A DNA stretch of 63,963 nt, filler included, from Barthelona sp. PAP020 (Eukaryota): NCBI GenBank assembly GCA_040182905.1. It is 3 parts of 3 records of this genome, joined end to end, with 100 filler letters (N's around TTAATTAATTAA, not from the genome) between each part and the next. Parts side by side here need not be neighbours in the genome. Positions count along the whole stretch, not along the records: positions 51,336 to 63,963 come from JARQWU010000340.1; 2 more parts are not named here. The stretch is one strand, 5' to 3'. Under the pieces are notes generated by a model. The model was not told the origin of the DNA. It did no database searches and saw only the letters and a list, made by a program, of their open reading frames with translations. Position numbers and translations under genes: made by a program. Positions 53,572-63,665 of this stretch are shown piece after piece (positions within the stretch are counted from its first letter, which is position 1; the number at the start of each line of letters is the position of its first letter).

Positions 53572-56478
53572 TTATTGATTGAATCTTGCTAATTTTGCCT
53601 TCAAAGCAAGTACCCTTTGTTGAATTGAATCTGGTTCACCAGTTGGTTGAATGAAATTATCATATCCAGGAGATTGAGGATGATAACCATTAGAATAAGG
53701 ACTCATCATTGATAAATTGGCTTGTTGATCTTCTAAAACCCTTTGAGTATTAGTAAATCTATTGTAATAATTACTTTCCATCATATTATTGTTCTTTAAA
53801 GTTTGTCTTTGTTCAATTAAAGGGGATTTCAAAATAGAAGTAGAACTCAACTTAGAAGTTGACATGACATTACCTAAATCTGTTTTAGTTTGTACTAATT
53901 CTGCTCTCAATTGTTGATTTCTTAAACATAAAGAATCGATTTCTTCTTTCATTGAATTTTCTTTAGCAATTTTCTTCTGTTCTAATAATTTAGCTCTCTT
54001 TTCTGCTTCAAGAATTCTGGAATTATTGGTTGTTTCAAGATTCTTAATATGATCAACTTCTTTATTCATTTCAGTTAAATCTTTCAATAATGCTTCAACG
54101 TTATGTTTCAATTCTGAATTTTCATTTTCTAAATGTTCAATGTGATTGGCATTTTTTTCATAATCTTCTTGTAATTTCATAAAATCATTTTCCAAACTGT
54201 TCTTTTCTTCTCTTAAAGAGTTAAAATCATCAGTCAATTGATCAATTAAAAATTTTTCTTCAAGCATGTCAGAAATTTCTTTTTTCAACTCTTCATTTTC
54301 CTTTTCATATCCTTTTAAACGTTCTTTTAATTGATTAACTAAATGAGTCAATTCAAAATTGATCAATTGTTTAGAATCACTCATAGTAGTCACAGTTTCC
54401 TTTAAATTATTATTTTCTTCAGTAATTTCTTCAATAATTTGTCGATTTTCTTCATTTAAATCCATGGACTCATTTAATTTCTCTTTCAACGACGAAATTT
54501 CTTTAACATTTTCTTTGATTTCATCTTTACATTCAGTTAGCCACAATTTATTATTATTTAAAGCGTTTAATGTGGTTTCCAATTTTTCTTTCAATTCCAA
54601 ATTCTTATTTTCAAGAGTTTTAATCGAGTCTATAGAAATCATGTCCTTTCTCTTTAGTTCTTGATAATTTTCATTCAATGCTTCATGTTCTTGTAACAAT
54701 ATCGTGAATTTTTGTTGAAGTTCTTGCAATTCCAATTTATGCTTTTGTAATTCTGATGCCAAACCATTACGTTCATCCACTATCTTTCTATTATCTTTTT
54801 CTAATATGTTCACATTGGTACGTAATCCACCAACTTGTTCAACCAATCTTTTAGCATCATTCTCATAATTTTCTGATCTTTGTTCAGTAGATCCCAACAA
54901 ACCAGTCAAACGATGTATTTCTGCTTGTGCTGATAATAAATCATTCTCTAAAATATTCTTCTTCTTTGATAATTTATCATTTTCTTCCTTTTGATCCTTT
55001 AAAACTATTTCTAATTCTTCAAAATTTAGTTGTAACTCATCAAATTGAGTGACTTGTTCGGTAAACTTCTCTTCTAATGCATTGATTGCAATTGAACTCT
55101 TCTTTTTATTCATTTCATTTTCTTCAATAGATTTTTGATAATCTTGTTCAATAGCTTTCAATTTTCCTTCCAATGTATGTATCTTAACATTCCTATTCTC
55201 AAGTTGATTTTCCAATTCAAGAATTTCTTCATCTTTTCGTTCAACATCTCTTTCCTTTTCTTGAACAATAAGATTGCTTGTATCCAAATCTTTCTTCAAT
55301 TCTTTAATCTTTGTTAAATGTGATTCATTGGTTCTCATCTGATTATCCAATTGAACACTTACTTTATTCAACTTTTCTTCTGTGGATTGTTTTTGTTCAC
55401 CAATTTGATTCGAAGTTATTGTTAATTCAGATAATAAAACACGAGTTCTTTCAAATTCTTTCAATTGCTCTTGTAAATATTTAATATTTTCAGCATCTTC
55501 TTCAATTTTTTCATCCAAATCATTCTTAATAGACGTTAAATGAATTAGTTCTTCACGGAAAATCCCATTTTCTTTTTCAACATTTTGTAAATGACGAACA
55601 GTATTGTCACTAATTGATAATTTTGCTTCTAATTGTGCTTTTTCTTTTGACAACACACCACACATCTCAGCTAAAGAATTATGATCATCTTCTAATTCTT
55701 TTAATCGTTTATCTTTCTCAACCAATAAGGAATGAGCCTCTTCAACATTAGCTAAAGCTTGTAAAGAATCTTCTAAGTCTATTTCTAAATGACTAATTTG
55801 ATCAGCAGCTTCTTCTAATTCATTGTTCTTTTTTTGGACTATTCCATGTAATTTTTCAATTTCACTTTGTAGTTCTCTCAAGGTTTGTAACACATTTCCT
55901 TGATTCATTCCTAATCCTAAAGATTCTGCACGTTCATCAAGTGCTTCTTTTAGAACCCGTATCATACCACGTAATTGTTCAGTTTTACGTTGTTCATGAT
56001 TTAATTCTTCTTCAAATTTTTCATTCTTATCCAATAATTGTACATTTTCTTCTTTATAAGTTGATAATTTTTTACGCAAAGAATTGATTTTTGCTTGATA
56101 ATCATTTTTTTCTTTATCCATACTTTCTTTCATTTTCTTAAAACTTTTTTCTGAATCACGAATTTCATCAATTTTGGTTTTTTCATTTTTCAATTGTTTT
56201 TTAGTTGTATTTAATCTCTGATTTAAATTATTATTGTTTGTAATCATTTGAGTATTTTCTTCCTTTAAAGAATCAATTTGTTCACATAATTCTTCATTCT
56301 TTTCCAACAATTCTTGAATCTTGATTTTTGAAGCATTTTCAGTCTCAAATAAGGTTTCTTTGTAAAATTCCATACCTTGTAATTCACGTGCCTGTTCTTG
56401 AACACGTAATTTTAACCTTTCATTTTCAACTTGTAATCTTTCAATGTGATTCTCTAAGTTATCTTGAACTCTAGTCAT
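53572..56478 (-). CDS. Long coiled-coil protein (cytoskeletal/basal-body-like)
   Basis: 968 aa of continuous E/K/L/Q/N heptads with a short non-helical tail. Confidence 0.7.
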   Translation of the reverse strand: MTRVQDNLENHIERLQVENERLKLRVQEQARELQGMEFYKETLFETENASKIKIQELLEKNEELCEQIDSLKEENTQMITNNNNLNQRLNTTKKQLKNEKTKIDEIRDSEKSFKKMKESMDKEKNDYQAKINSLRKKLSTYKEENVQLLDKNEKFEEELNHEQRKTEQLRGMIRVLKEALDERAESLGLGMNQGNVLQTLRELQSEIEKLHGIVQKKNNELEEAADQISHLEIDLEDSLQALANVEEAHSLLVEKDKRLKELEDDHNSLAEMCGVLSKEKAQLEAKLSISDNTVRHLQNVEKENGIFREELIHLTSIKNDLDEKIEEDAENIKYLQEQLKEFERTRVLLSELTITSNQIGEQKQSTEEKLNKVSVQLDNQMRTNESHLTKIKELKKDLDTSNLIVQEKERDVERKDEEILELENQLENRNVKIHTLEGKLKAIEQDYQKSIEENEMNKKKSSIAINALEEKFTEQVTQFDELQLNFEELEIVLKDQKEENDKLSKKKNILENDLLSAQAEIHRLTGLLGSTEQRSENYENDAKRLVEQVGGLRTNVNILEKDNRKIVDERNGLASELQKHKLELQELQQKFTILLQEHEALNENYQELKRKDMISIDSIKTLENKNLELKEKLETTLNALNNNKLWLTECKDEIKENVKEISSLKEKLNESMDLNEENRQIIEEITEENNNLKETVTTMSDSKQLINFELTHLVNQLKERLKGYEKENEELKKEISDMLEEKFLIDQLTDDFNSLREEKNSLENDFMKLQEDYEKNANHIEHLENENSELKHNVEALLKDLTEMNKEVDHIKNLETTNNSRILEAEKRAKLLEQKKIAKENSMKEEIDSLCLRNQQLRAELVQTKTDLGNVMSTSKLSSTSILKSPLIEQRQTLKNNNMMESNYYNRFTNTQRVLEDQQANLSMMSPYSNGYHPQSPGYDNFIQPTGEPDSIQQRVLALKAKLARFNQ

Positions 56479-56634
56479 TCCGAAGTATTATTTAATTTTT
56501 AAATAATAATCAAAAATCAAAAATCAAAAAAATAATAATTTTTGTTGTTGCATTATTTCTTTCTTGAGAGAAAGTAAAACAATAATAAAAACTAATTAAT
56601 TAACATATTTATATTGTCCCATTTTTGAAAAAAA

Positions 56635-57123
56635 CTAGGTGCCAACTTTTGGTAGCATGGGTGAGTTATTAAACGCTGACAAACGAATTTTTAGAACTTC
56701 CTCTCCTTGATGTTTATCATAACTCTTAATATCTTCCCATAAAAGTTGTTTTGTAGATAGATCAATCACTGTTCTTCGAAAAAAATTATCTAATGCAGAA
56801 AATTCTTCTATTGAAGTACCACTTGCATTGTTGTATAATTGTTTACAATATTTATTGAGAGTTTTTTTCATATCAAGAGTGATTGCCTGCAAATCACAAA
56901 AATGATCTTCAACATTGTGCAACAAGATTTTTTTCCGTATTTCGTATTTTCTTTCCAATTCTATCAACAATATATTGGAACAATCAACTATTTTTAAACT
57001 TTCGAGGTGATTGTGATTGATTAAATGATTGCAAAACTCATATAAATTTGAAAATAGGCTTTCTATTGAATCTCTATATTTTTTAATGTTCTTATTGAAT
57101 AATTTTAAAGCACTTCCATTCAT
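56635..57123 (-). CDS. Hypothetical helical protein (weak C1orf109/AIRIM-like resemblance)
   Basis: 162 aa from the ATG at 57123; the upstream part of the ORF is T-rich leader. Confidence 0.45.
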   Translation of the reverse strand: MNGSALKLFNKNIKKYRDSIESLFSNLYEFCNHLINHNHLESLKIVDCSNILLIELERKYEIRKKILLHNVEDHFCDLQAITLDMKKTLNKYCKQLYNNASGTSIEEFSALDNFFRRTVIDLSTKQLLWEDIKSYDKHQGEEVLKIRLSAFNNSPMLPKVGT

Positions 57124-57372
57124 AAAATGCGGAAAAAAAATAAAAAAAAAATGGGAAAAAATCATTGTTGTTCGAGTTTTATTCTTCACAAAATGAAAAT
57201 CGCTTTCTGTTCAAACATTTTGAAAAGTTTAGCTGCTAAAATTGGAGGTTTCACAAAAAACTATCAGAAATTTGGGAAGAATGAAATTATTACTTTTGAG
57301 ATCTGAGTGAGATCTTGTGTGATAAAACAGCACAGCTATCTTTATCTTTTTTTTTACAAAAGGAAATAACAA

Positions 57373-60018
57373 ATGTCACAAGTTGTTACTGTTAATAGTC
57401 CCGAAACATTAGACCAATTACTTGATGCTGTTCGTTTAGCTCAAAAAGAATACAGTACATATTCTCAAGAGCAAGTTGATAAGATTTTTGCCTATTGTGC
57501 ATGTGCTGCCAATCAAGCTCGTATTCCACTTGCTAAACAAGCTGTTAAAGAAAGTGGCATGGGTATTGTTGAAGACAAAGTTATCAAGAATCATTTCGCT
57601 TCTGAATTAATCTTGAACAAGTATCGTGATTTAAAGACATGTGATGTCATTGAAAGAGATGCTGCTTCAGGAATCACTCGTATTGCTGAACCTATGGGTA
57701 TTATTGCTGGTATTGTTCCCACTACCAACCCTACTTCCACTACCATTTTCAAATGTCTTATTGCTTTGAAAACCAGAAATGCTATTGTCTTTTCTCCCCA
57801 TCCCAGAGCAAAGAACTGCACTATTGAAGCTGCTCGTATTGTTAGAGACGCTGCCGTTAAAGCTGGTGCTCCTGAAAACCTCATTGGTTGGATTGATGTT
57901 CCTTCTGTTCAACTTTCTGGTGAATTGATGAAATCTCCCAAGATCAATCTTATTCTTGCTACTGGTGGTCCCGGTATGGTTAAGGCCGCTTATAGTTCTG
58001 GTTCTCCCGCCCTTGGTGTTGGTCCTGGTAATACTCCCGTTTTGATCGACGAAACTGCTGATATTGAAATGGCTGTTTCATCTGTTTTGATGTCCAAGAC
58101 TTTTGATAATGGTGTTGTTTGTGCTTCTGAACAATCCTGTATTGTTGTTGAGTCAATTTATGAAAAAGTTCGTGCTGAATTCATCAAGCGTGGTGCCTAT
58201 GTTCTTTCTCCTGAAGAAAAAGCTAAGGTCGCTCCTGTTATTATCAAGCCCAACGGTGCCTTAAATGCTGATATTGTTGGTCAACCAGCATACAAGATTG
58301 CTGAAATGGGTGGTGTTACAGTCCCCAAATCTGCCAAGGTTCTTATTGGTGAATGTGAGGATATTTGTGATGAAGAAAGATTCTCTCATGAAAAGCTTTC
58401 CCCTACTCTTGGTTTGTTTAAGTGTGACAATTTCGAACATGGTCTTGAAAGAGCTGTCGAATATGTTTCTCATGGTGGTTTAGGACACACTTCATGTTTA
58501 TACACTAATCCTTTGAATGAAGACAGAATTTCCAAATATCGTGCTGCCATGTCCACTGGTCGTGTTCTTTTGAATTCTCCTGCTTCTCAAGGTGCTATTG
58601 GTGATTTGTTCAACTTCCAATTAGCTCCTTCACTTACTCTTGGTTGTGGTTCTTGGGGTGGAAATTCAGTTTCTGTCAACGTTGGTCCCATGCAATTGCT
58701 CAATATCAAGTCTATTGCTGAAAGACGTGAAAATATGCAATGGTTCAGAGTTCCCCCACGTATTTATTTCAAATATGGTGCTCTTCCTGTTGCTCTTTCT
58801 GATCTTAAGGGTTATAAGAGATGTTTCCTTGTTTCTGACAGACCTCTCTTTGAACTTGGATATGTCAATCGTGTTACCGATGTTCTTGCCGAACTTGGTA
58901 TTGCTTACTCTGTTTTCTTTGATGTTGAACCTGATCCAAAGTTCTCCACAGTTGAAACTGCTTTGTCTGCTGCCAAATCATTTGAACCTGATCTTTTTAT
59001 TGCTTTAGGTGGTGGTTCCGTTATGGATGCTGCCAAGATTGTTCGTCTTTTGTATGAGCATCCTGAAGTTGATTGGGATTTGATGACTATGCGTTTCCTT
59101 GATATTCGTAAACGTGTTTTCAGATTCCCTGCTCTTCTTGAAGGAACTAAGTCTATTCTCTGCTGTATTCCCACCACCTCCGGTACTGGTTCTGAAGTTA
59201 CTCCTTTCTCTGTTGTTACTGATCAAGATACTGGTGTTAAATATCCTATTGCTGATTATGAACTTACTCCTCAAATGGCTATCATTGATCCTCAATTTGT
59301 CATGTCAATGCCCAAGGGTCTTGTTGCTGCAACTGGTATGGATGTTCTTACCCATGCTATTGAATCATATGTCTCTATCATGGCCACTCCTTTCACTGAT
59401 GGTCTTGCTCTTGAAGCCATTCGTCTTGTCTTTAAATATTTAGAAGAATCTACCAAGATCGGTTCTCTTGAATCTCGTTCCCAAATGCATTATGCCGCTG
59501 CTATTGCTGGTATGGCTTTTGCCAATGCTTTCCTTGGTGTTAACCACTCACTTGCACACAAGATTGGTCAAGCTTATCATGTTCCTCATGGTCTTGCCAA
59601 TGCCCTTCTTTTAAGCAAGGTTATCAAATACAATGCTACTGACTCACCCACAAAGCAAGGAACTTTCTCTCAATATGAACATCCCGTTGCTGTTGAACGT
59701 TATGCTCAAATTGCTCGTCATATTGGTCTTACTGGTGAAACTGATGCTGATTTGGTCATTGCTTTATGTAATGCTATTGACAATTTGAATGAAAAGGTCG
59801 GTATTCCTTCTCATTTGAATGGAATGAATCGTGGTGTTCCTGACCGTACTGAATATATGAATCGTCTTGAAGAAATTGCTGAATTTGCTTTTGATGACCA
59901 ATGTACCAGTGCTAATCCCAGATATCCTCTCATCACTGAATTGATGGATCTTTTAGTTGCCATTTATTCTCCTGAAGATGAAAAGTCTGTTGCTGAACGT
60001 CTTGGTATCAATTTCTAA
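57373..60018 (+). CDS. adhE: Bifunctional acetaldehyde-CoA/alcohol dehydrogenase
   Basis: PTTNPTST, LATGGPGMV, FDNGVVCASEQ, LTLGCGSWGGNS, GGGSVMDAAK, PTTSGTGSEVT, HSLAHK and DQCTSANPR motifs. Confidence 0.98.
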   Translation: MSQVVTVNSPETLDQLLDAVRLAQKEYSTYSQEQVDKIFAYCACAANQARIPLAKQAVKESGMGIVEDKVIKNHFASELILNKYRDLKTCDVIERDAASGITRIAEPMGIIAGIVPTTNPTSTTIFKCLIALKTRNAIVFSPHPRAKNCTIEAARIVRDAAVKAGAPENLIGWIDVPSVQLSGELMKSPKINLILATGGPGMVKAAYSSGSPALGVGPGNTPVLIDETADIEMAVSSVLMSKTFDNGVVCASEQSCIVVESIYEKVRAEFIKRGAYVLSPEEKAKVAPVIIKPNGALNADIVGQPAYKIAEMGGVTVPKSAKVLIGECEDICDEERFSHEKLSPTLGLFKCDNFEHGLERAVEYVSHGGLGHTSCLYTNPLNEDRISKYRAAMSTGRVLLNSPASQGAIGDLFNFQLAPSLTLGCGSWGGNSVSVNVGPMQLLNIKSIAERRENMQWFRVPPRIYFKYGALPVALSDLKGYKRCFLVSDRPLFELGYVNRVTDVLAELGIAYSVFFDVEPDPKFSTVETALSAAKSFEPDLFIALGGGSVMDAAKIVRLLYEHPEVDWDLMTMRFLDIRKRVFRFPALLEGTKSILCCIPTTSGTGSEVTPFSVVTDQDTGVKYPIADYELTPQMAIIDPQFVMSMPKGLVAATGMDVLTHAIESYVSIMATPFTDGLALEAIRLVFKYLEESTKIGSLESRSQMHYAAAIAGMAFANAFLGVNHSLAHKIGQAYHVPHGLANALLLSKVIKYNATDSPTKQGTFSQYEHPVAVERYAQIARHIGLTGETDADLVIALCNAIDNLNEKVGIPSHLNGMNRGVPDRTEYMNRLEEIAEFAFDDQCTSANPRYPLITELMDLLVAIYSPEDEKSVAERLGINF

Positions 60019-60257
60019 TTTTAGTCTTTTTTCGCTGTTAAAACTCTGATAAATGTGAATGTATTTTTTTTTTCTGAAAAAACAACAAAAAAAGAAAAAA
60101 TGAGGGTTGTTCACAAGTCTATAATTTTTGTCTAATCAAAATTTTCTGATTCTTCCTTTTTCCCCCAAGGTTCCGAAATTTTCCCTAACATGACCCCAAA
60201 TTTTTGACTTGCCACGGTGAATGCACGAAAGCTTGTACAATCAGATAAATTTTAAAA

Positions 60258-60454
60258 AAATCGGAGCTTTAAGCTCCACTGAGCAAATAGTAACGCAGTA
60301 GTTCACACCCCGCATAAGGCATAGCTCTCCTATGATAGCTTATGAAAGAGTAGGCCTCAAAAAAGAGGTTCCTTTCAGGAAAGCTGGACCCCGAAAAGAA
60401 TAAAGATTAAGGTTTATTAATTATTAGTCAACTGAGATACTCAGTCTCTGATTT
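60258..60454 (+). ncRNA. Candidate structured non-coding RNA, or small inverted-repeat element; unassigned
   Basis: GC-richer island whose ends pair (AAATCGGAG/CTCTGATTT and ACTGAG/CTCAGT), with several internal hairpins. Most G-U pairs work on the + strand. Confidence 0.35.
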
Positions 60455-60513
60455 GAAAGTTCTGGAAAAGGTTCGTACAAGAAGAAAAATAAAATAAAAA
60501 AGATTTTGTAAGT

Positions 60514-61740
60514 TTATGTCATTTCAAAGTTGCACTGTTCAATTTCATCATCTAAATTAGAAGACAATGAAGCCATTGAAGATTCTTTTTCGACAGAATT
60601 GAAAATGTCCAGCGAATGGTCAACCAATTCAAATTGGCAGACGATGTAAAATTCTTTGGAAAAAATTGAATCAGACCGATCCTTTATTGCACCATCCAAC
60701 TCATTTTTGGTTAAAACAAGTTTTGCAACACCATTTTCAACGTTTAAAAAAGCCAAATTAATTGAAAAATGAAACAAATAGACTTCTTTTGAAAATATGG
60801 ATATCCTTATGTCATCATGTAAAATTAAAGTACAATTTGGCAACAAAACAGAATATTTTGTTGAAAAATCAACATATTCTGATTGCATGAGAGTTTTATA
60901 GGTTGAAATATGGATTTTCTTACTGTTTAAGAATTGATACTCAACACACTCAATTTTATAATGAATATCCTCTTTATATTTCATATTTCCAAACAATCCA
61001 ATCCCTTTTAAAGTATAATTATGTGAGAAATTAATTTCTGAAACACCAGGATCTACAAATAGACATTTTAATGCTGGTTTTCTTTCATAATCATCTATTG
61101 AAAGTGTTCTATCAATAATCTGTTCAACAGAATCAACACTTTCAAATTCAATCATCTTTGTATTTATAATTGGACAATATAATTTTTTATACTTGTCAAA
61201 ATACCCACAATATCTACGTTGTGAAGGTATTGTCACCCCATTATAATCATATGTTCTTCTAATGGCATAAAAATTTAAAGCTTCTTTGGCATTTTTGCAA
61301 ATGCCACTGTATATCAAAAAACAAACAATCATTAAACCAGTACGACCTTTTCCCGCCTTACAATGAAGTGCAATAACATTGTATTTATCTTTTTTCAAAT
61401 AATTATACAATGTGATACAACATTTTACGATCATTTCAAAAGAAGGGGTATTGTGGTCATAAAATTGGAAATTTTCAACATTTCCATCAAATAATTCTGA
61501 GTCATATTGTCGATTTGGTTCAATACAAAGGTTAACAATTAAATAATGATCGTGATGATATGAATCGAAAAAATTTTTAACTTCATTATAAGGATTTCGA
61601 TATATAGCTTCGCTACTATGAGATGGAAATCCCATTGCAATTATTCTAGGAGTTATATAAGCTAAATCAAGATCAAAACCATCAAGTTGAAATCTAACTT
61701 TTTGTTTTGACACTATTCTTCGTACAACATTAAAAACCAT
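60514..61740 (-). CDS. PTEN: PTEN-like phosphoinositide phosphatase with C2 domain (may extend to the ATG at 61923)
   Basis: RRIVSKQKVRFQLDGFDLDLAYITPRIIAMGFP, HCKAGKGRTG and GVTIPSQRRY motifs. Confidence 0.9.
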   Translation of the reverse strand: MVFNVVRRIVSKQKVRFQLDGFDLDLAYITPRIIAMGFPSHSSEAIYRNPYNEVKNFFDSYHHDHYLIVNLCIEPNRQYDSELFDGNVENFQFYDHNTPSFEMIVKCCITLYNYLKKDKYNVIALHCKAGKGRTGLMIVCFLIYSGICKNAKEALNFYAIRRTYDYNGVTIPSQRRYCGYFDKYKKLYCPIINTKMIEFESVDSVEQIIDRTLSIDDYERKPALKCLFVDPGVSEINFSHNYTLKGIGLFGNMKYKEDIHYKIECVEYQFLNSKKIHISTYKTLMQSEYVDFSTKYSVLLPNCTLILHDDIRISIFSKEVYLFHFSINLAFLNVENGVAKLVLTKNELDGAIKDRSDSIFSKEFYIVCQFELVDHSLDIFNSVEKESSMASLSSNLDDEIEQCNFEMT

Positions 61741-62200
61741 GTAAATTCTACAAAAACATACTTGGAAGTAATGATAAAAGATGCAATATGAACGAAAGAA
61801 ATGAAGAGAATAAAATATTAAGTTTATTCCACAACAAAGAATAAATAGAACACGATTTAATTTATTATTCGGGATAAAAGAATGGTTGGAAAATAAACAA
61901 ACTGACTTGACAGGAATGCCCATGAAGAATTGGCCATTGCACTTTTAATTTTCCCACACTTTTATTGATATGAAATATATCTTTTTTGTTCGTAAGCTTT
62001 TTAAGAAACATTGCAAAAAATGAACACTAGAACACTTGAAATAATTTTATATTTCATCATATATTGTTTCAAAGGTCAGTATTTGTCAAATTTAGGATAC
62101 ATTGAAGCAAAAAAGGAAAAAAAAAATAACCGTGAAAATACTTTATCCGGAATTTGACCTCACACAAAAAGTATGATGTCCCAATAACTTTTTCAAAATT

Positions 62201-63608
62201 CTAAATTTTAATTTCCTCAACTTGAGTGACCAAAGGAATATTGTCATTTTCTGTTTCCAAATTTTGATCCTTGGGAACACTCATACTTTTTGCTTTTTTT
62301 CGAGTTACAGATCCATTGTATTTGTCATAAAAAAACAAAGAAACAAAACAAACATATATAAGGTAGAAAATGACCATAAACCAACTCTTCGATGAAGAAG
62401 CATGAATGGTATCTGTGAAGACATTAAAAACACCAACATACAAATTTGCTGCAAGGAATACAAACAATTGATTTGCACCCAATGCTTTCAATAATAAAGA
62501 ATCAACAACGGGAATACCCAAAAAATACCTTACCCAGAGGAAAAGACAAGTGACGAACATCAAAAAACCAAGGATCCACAAGATGTATGGTAAGTTACAA
62601 TAAGCTCTGCTGGTATTCATAAATAGATTGCAAAATTTTGTTCCCAACAACAATAAAAAGGTAATTAAAGAAGCTCTAACTAATTGCTTTAATCTTTGTT
62701 TAAAGTCCAAAACATTGATATTCTTTTCAACATCAGCTAAGAATTTCATCAATATTTTGCTGAAAAAAAATAAGGCAATGTATCCAGGCAAAGAAAGTAA
62801 CCCTTCTTTGTTTGCGGTAAAAAAATTGTCTCGTGAACTTATTCTTCGAAGCCAACCAAAACCAAAATAGAAAACAGTGTTTAATAAAGCACAAACTCCT
62901 CCAATCAACATATCATTGTCATCAGGAAAAAAAGAAGAACAAAATTGCATTATTCCAAGAGTAATGAAGAAGTTCCAATCTCTTCCATACTCACTAACAT
63001 GTTCTTGATATCTAACAAAACGTAGTAAAAGCAACCTTCCAACACCAACAACAACAACCATTATTTGTCTAACACGCGCCATCCAAATTTTTGTAGGTGC
63101 ACTTTTAAGTCCAGCAACAGCCCCATTTAAAAAAGCAAAACATCCAACCCCTACATCCATTAAAGAAATACCAAAGCTCTCTGTTTTACATAAATTACGA
63201 GGAAATAAAGGATAATCAACAGCAAAAATAGCTACTAAAGTTGGCATTAATACAGCATATTTGATAAATGTTAAACATGCTGAACGATTTGTTTCTTGAA
63301 AAGGAACAAATTTTCGAGGCTTCTTTAATATGTAATAAAGTGTACATAAGGAAAAAAGAATCAAAACAAATTGAAGATGATCAAAACAGACCATCAAAAA
63401 AAATAGTAAATACATAATGAATTCTAAAATGGAAGATGTAAATCCTGTAACAGGACTAAAAATATCATATACAATTGCAGAAATCTAAAAAAAATTAGAA
63501 AATATAGAAAATAAAAGTTACAGGTAGTGTTGAGACTATTAAAAGAACATGACTCATAGAACTTCCAGAATGTCCGGAAACCCATAACTCACGTTCAATT
63601 TTTGACAT
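62201..63608 (-). CDS. PIGW: GPI inositol acyltransferase PIG-W/Gwt1; exons 63608-63522 and 63484-62201
   Basis: AVDYPLFPR..KTESFGISLMDVGVG, EHVSEYGRDWNFFITLG, ANKEG and SRAYCNLPY. Exon 1 (ERELWVSGHSGSS) matches the Gwt1 N-terminus. Confidence 0.93.
63485..63521 (-). other. Spliceosomal intron, 37 nt
   Basis: GTAACT...TTCTAAT TTTTTTTAG; joins a 29-codon exon in frame. Confidence 0.88.
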
Positions 63609-63665
63609 GAGGTTAAACAAAAAAAAGGAGGTTTATTTAATTTTTTTCAAAAATCTCAATATTAA

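Noticed and set aside
57591..59443. Many overlapping antisense and alternate-frame ORFs in adhE and other long genes
   Set aside because: Shadow ORFs caused by codon bias; no recognisable motifs.
60430..60460. TPP riboswitch, U2 snRNA or RNase MRP identity for the structured island
   Set aside because: Only isolated short matches (CTGAGA, AGTATCT, TAGTAACGCAG); the other required motifs are missing or out of order.
61741..61923. TPTE-like transmembrane N-terminal extension on PTEN
   Set aside because: Only about 60 codons, too short for a voltage-sensor domain, and the hydrophobicity is explainable by T-rich DNA; left as an unresolved alternative start.
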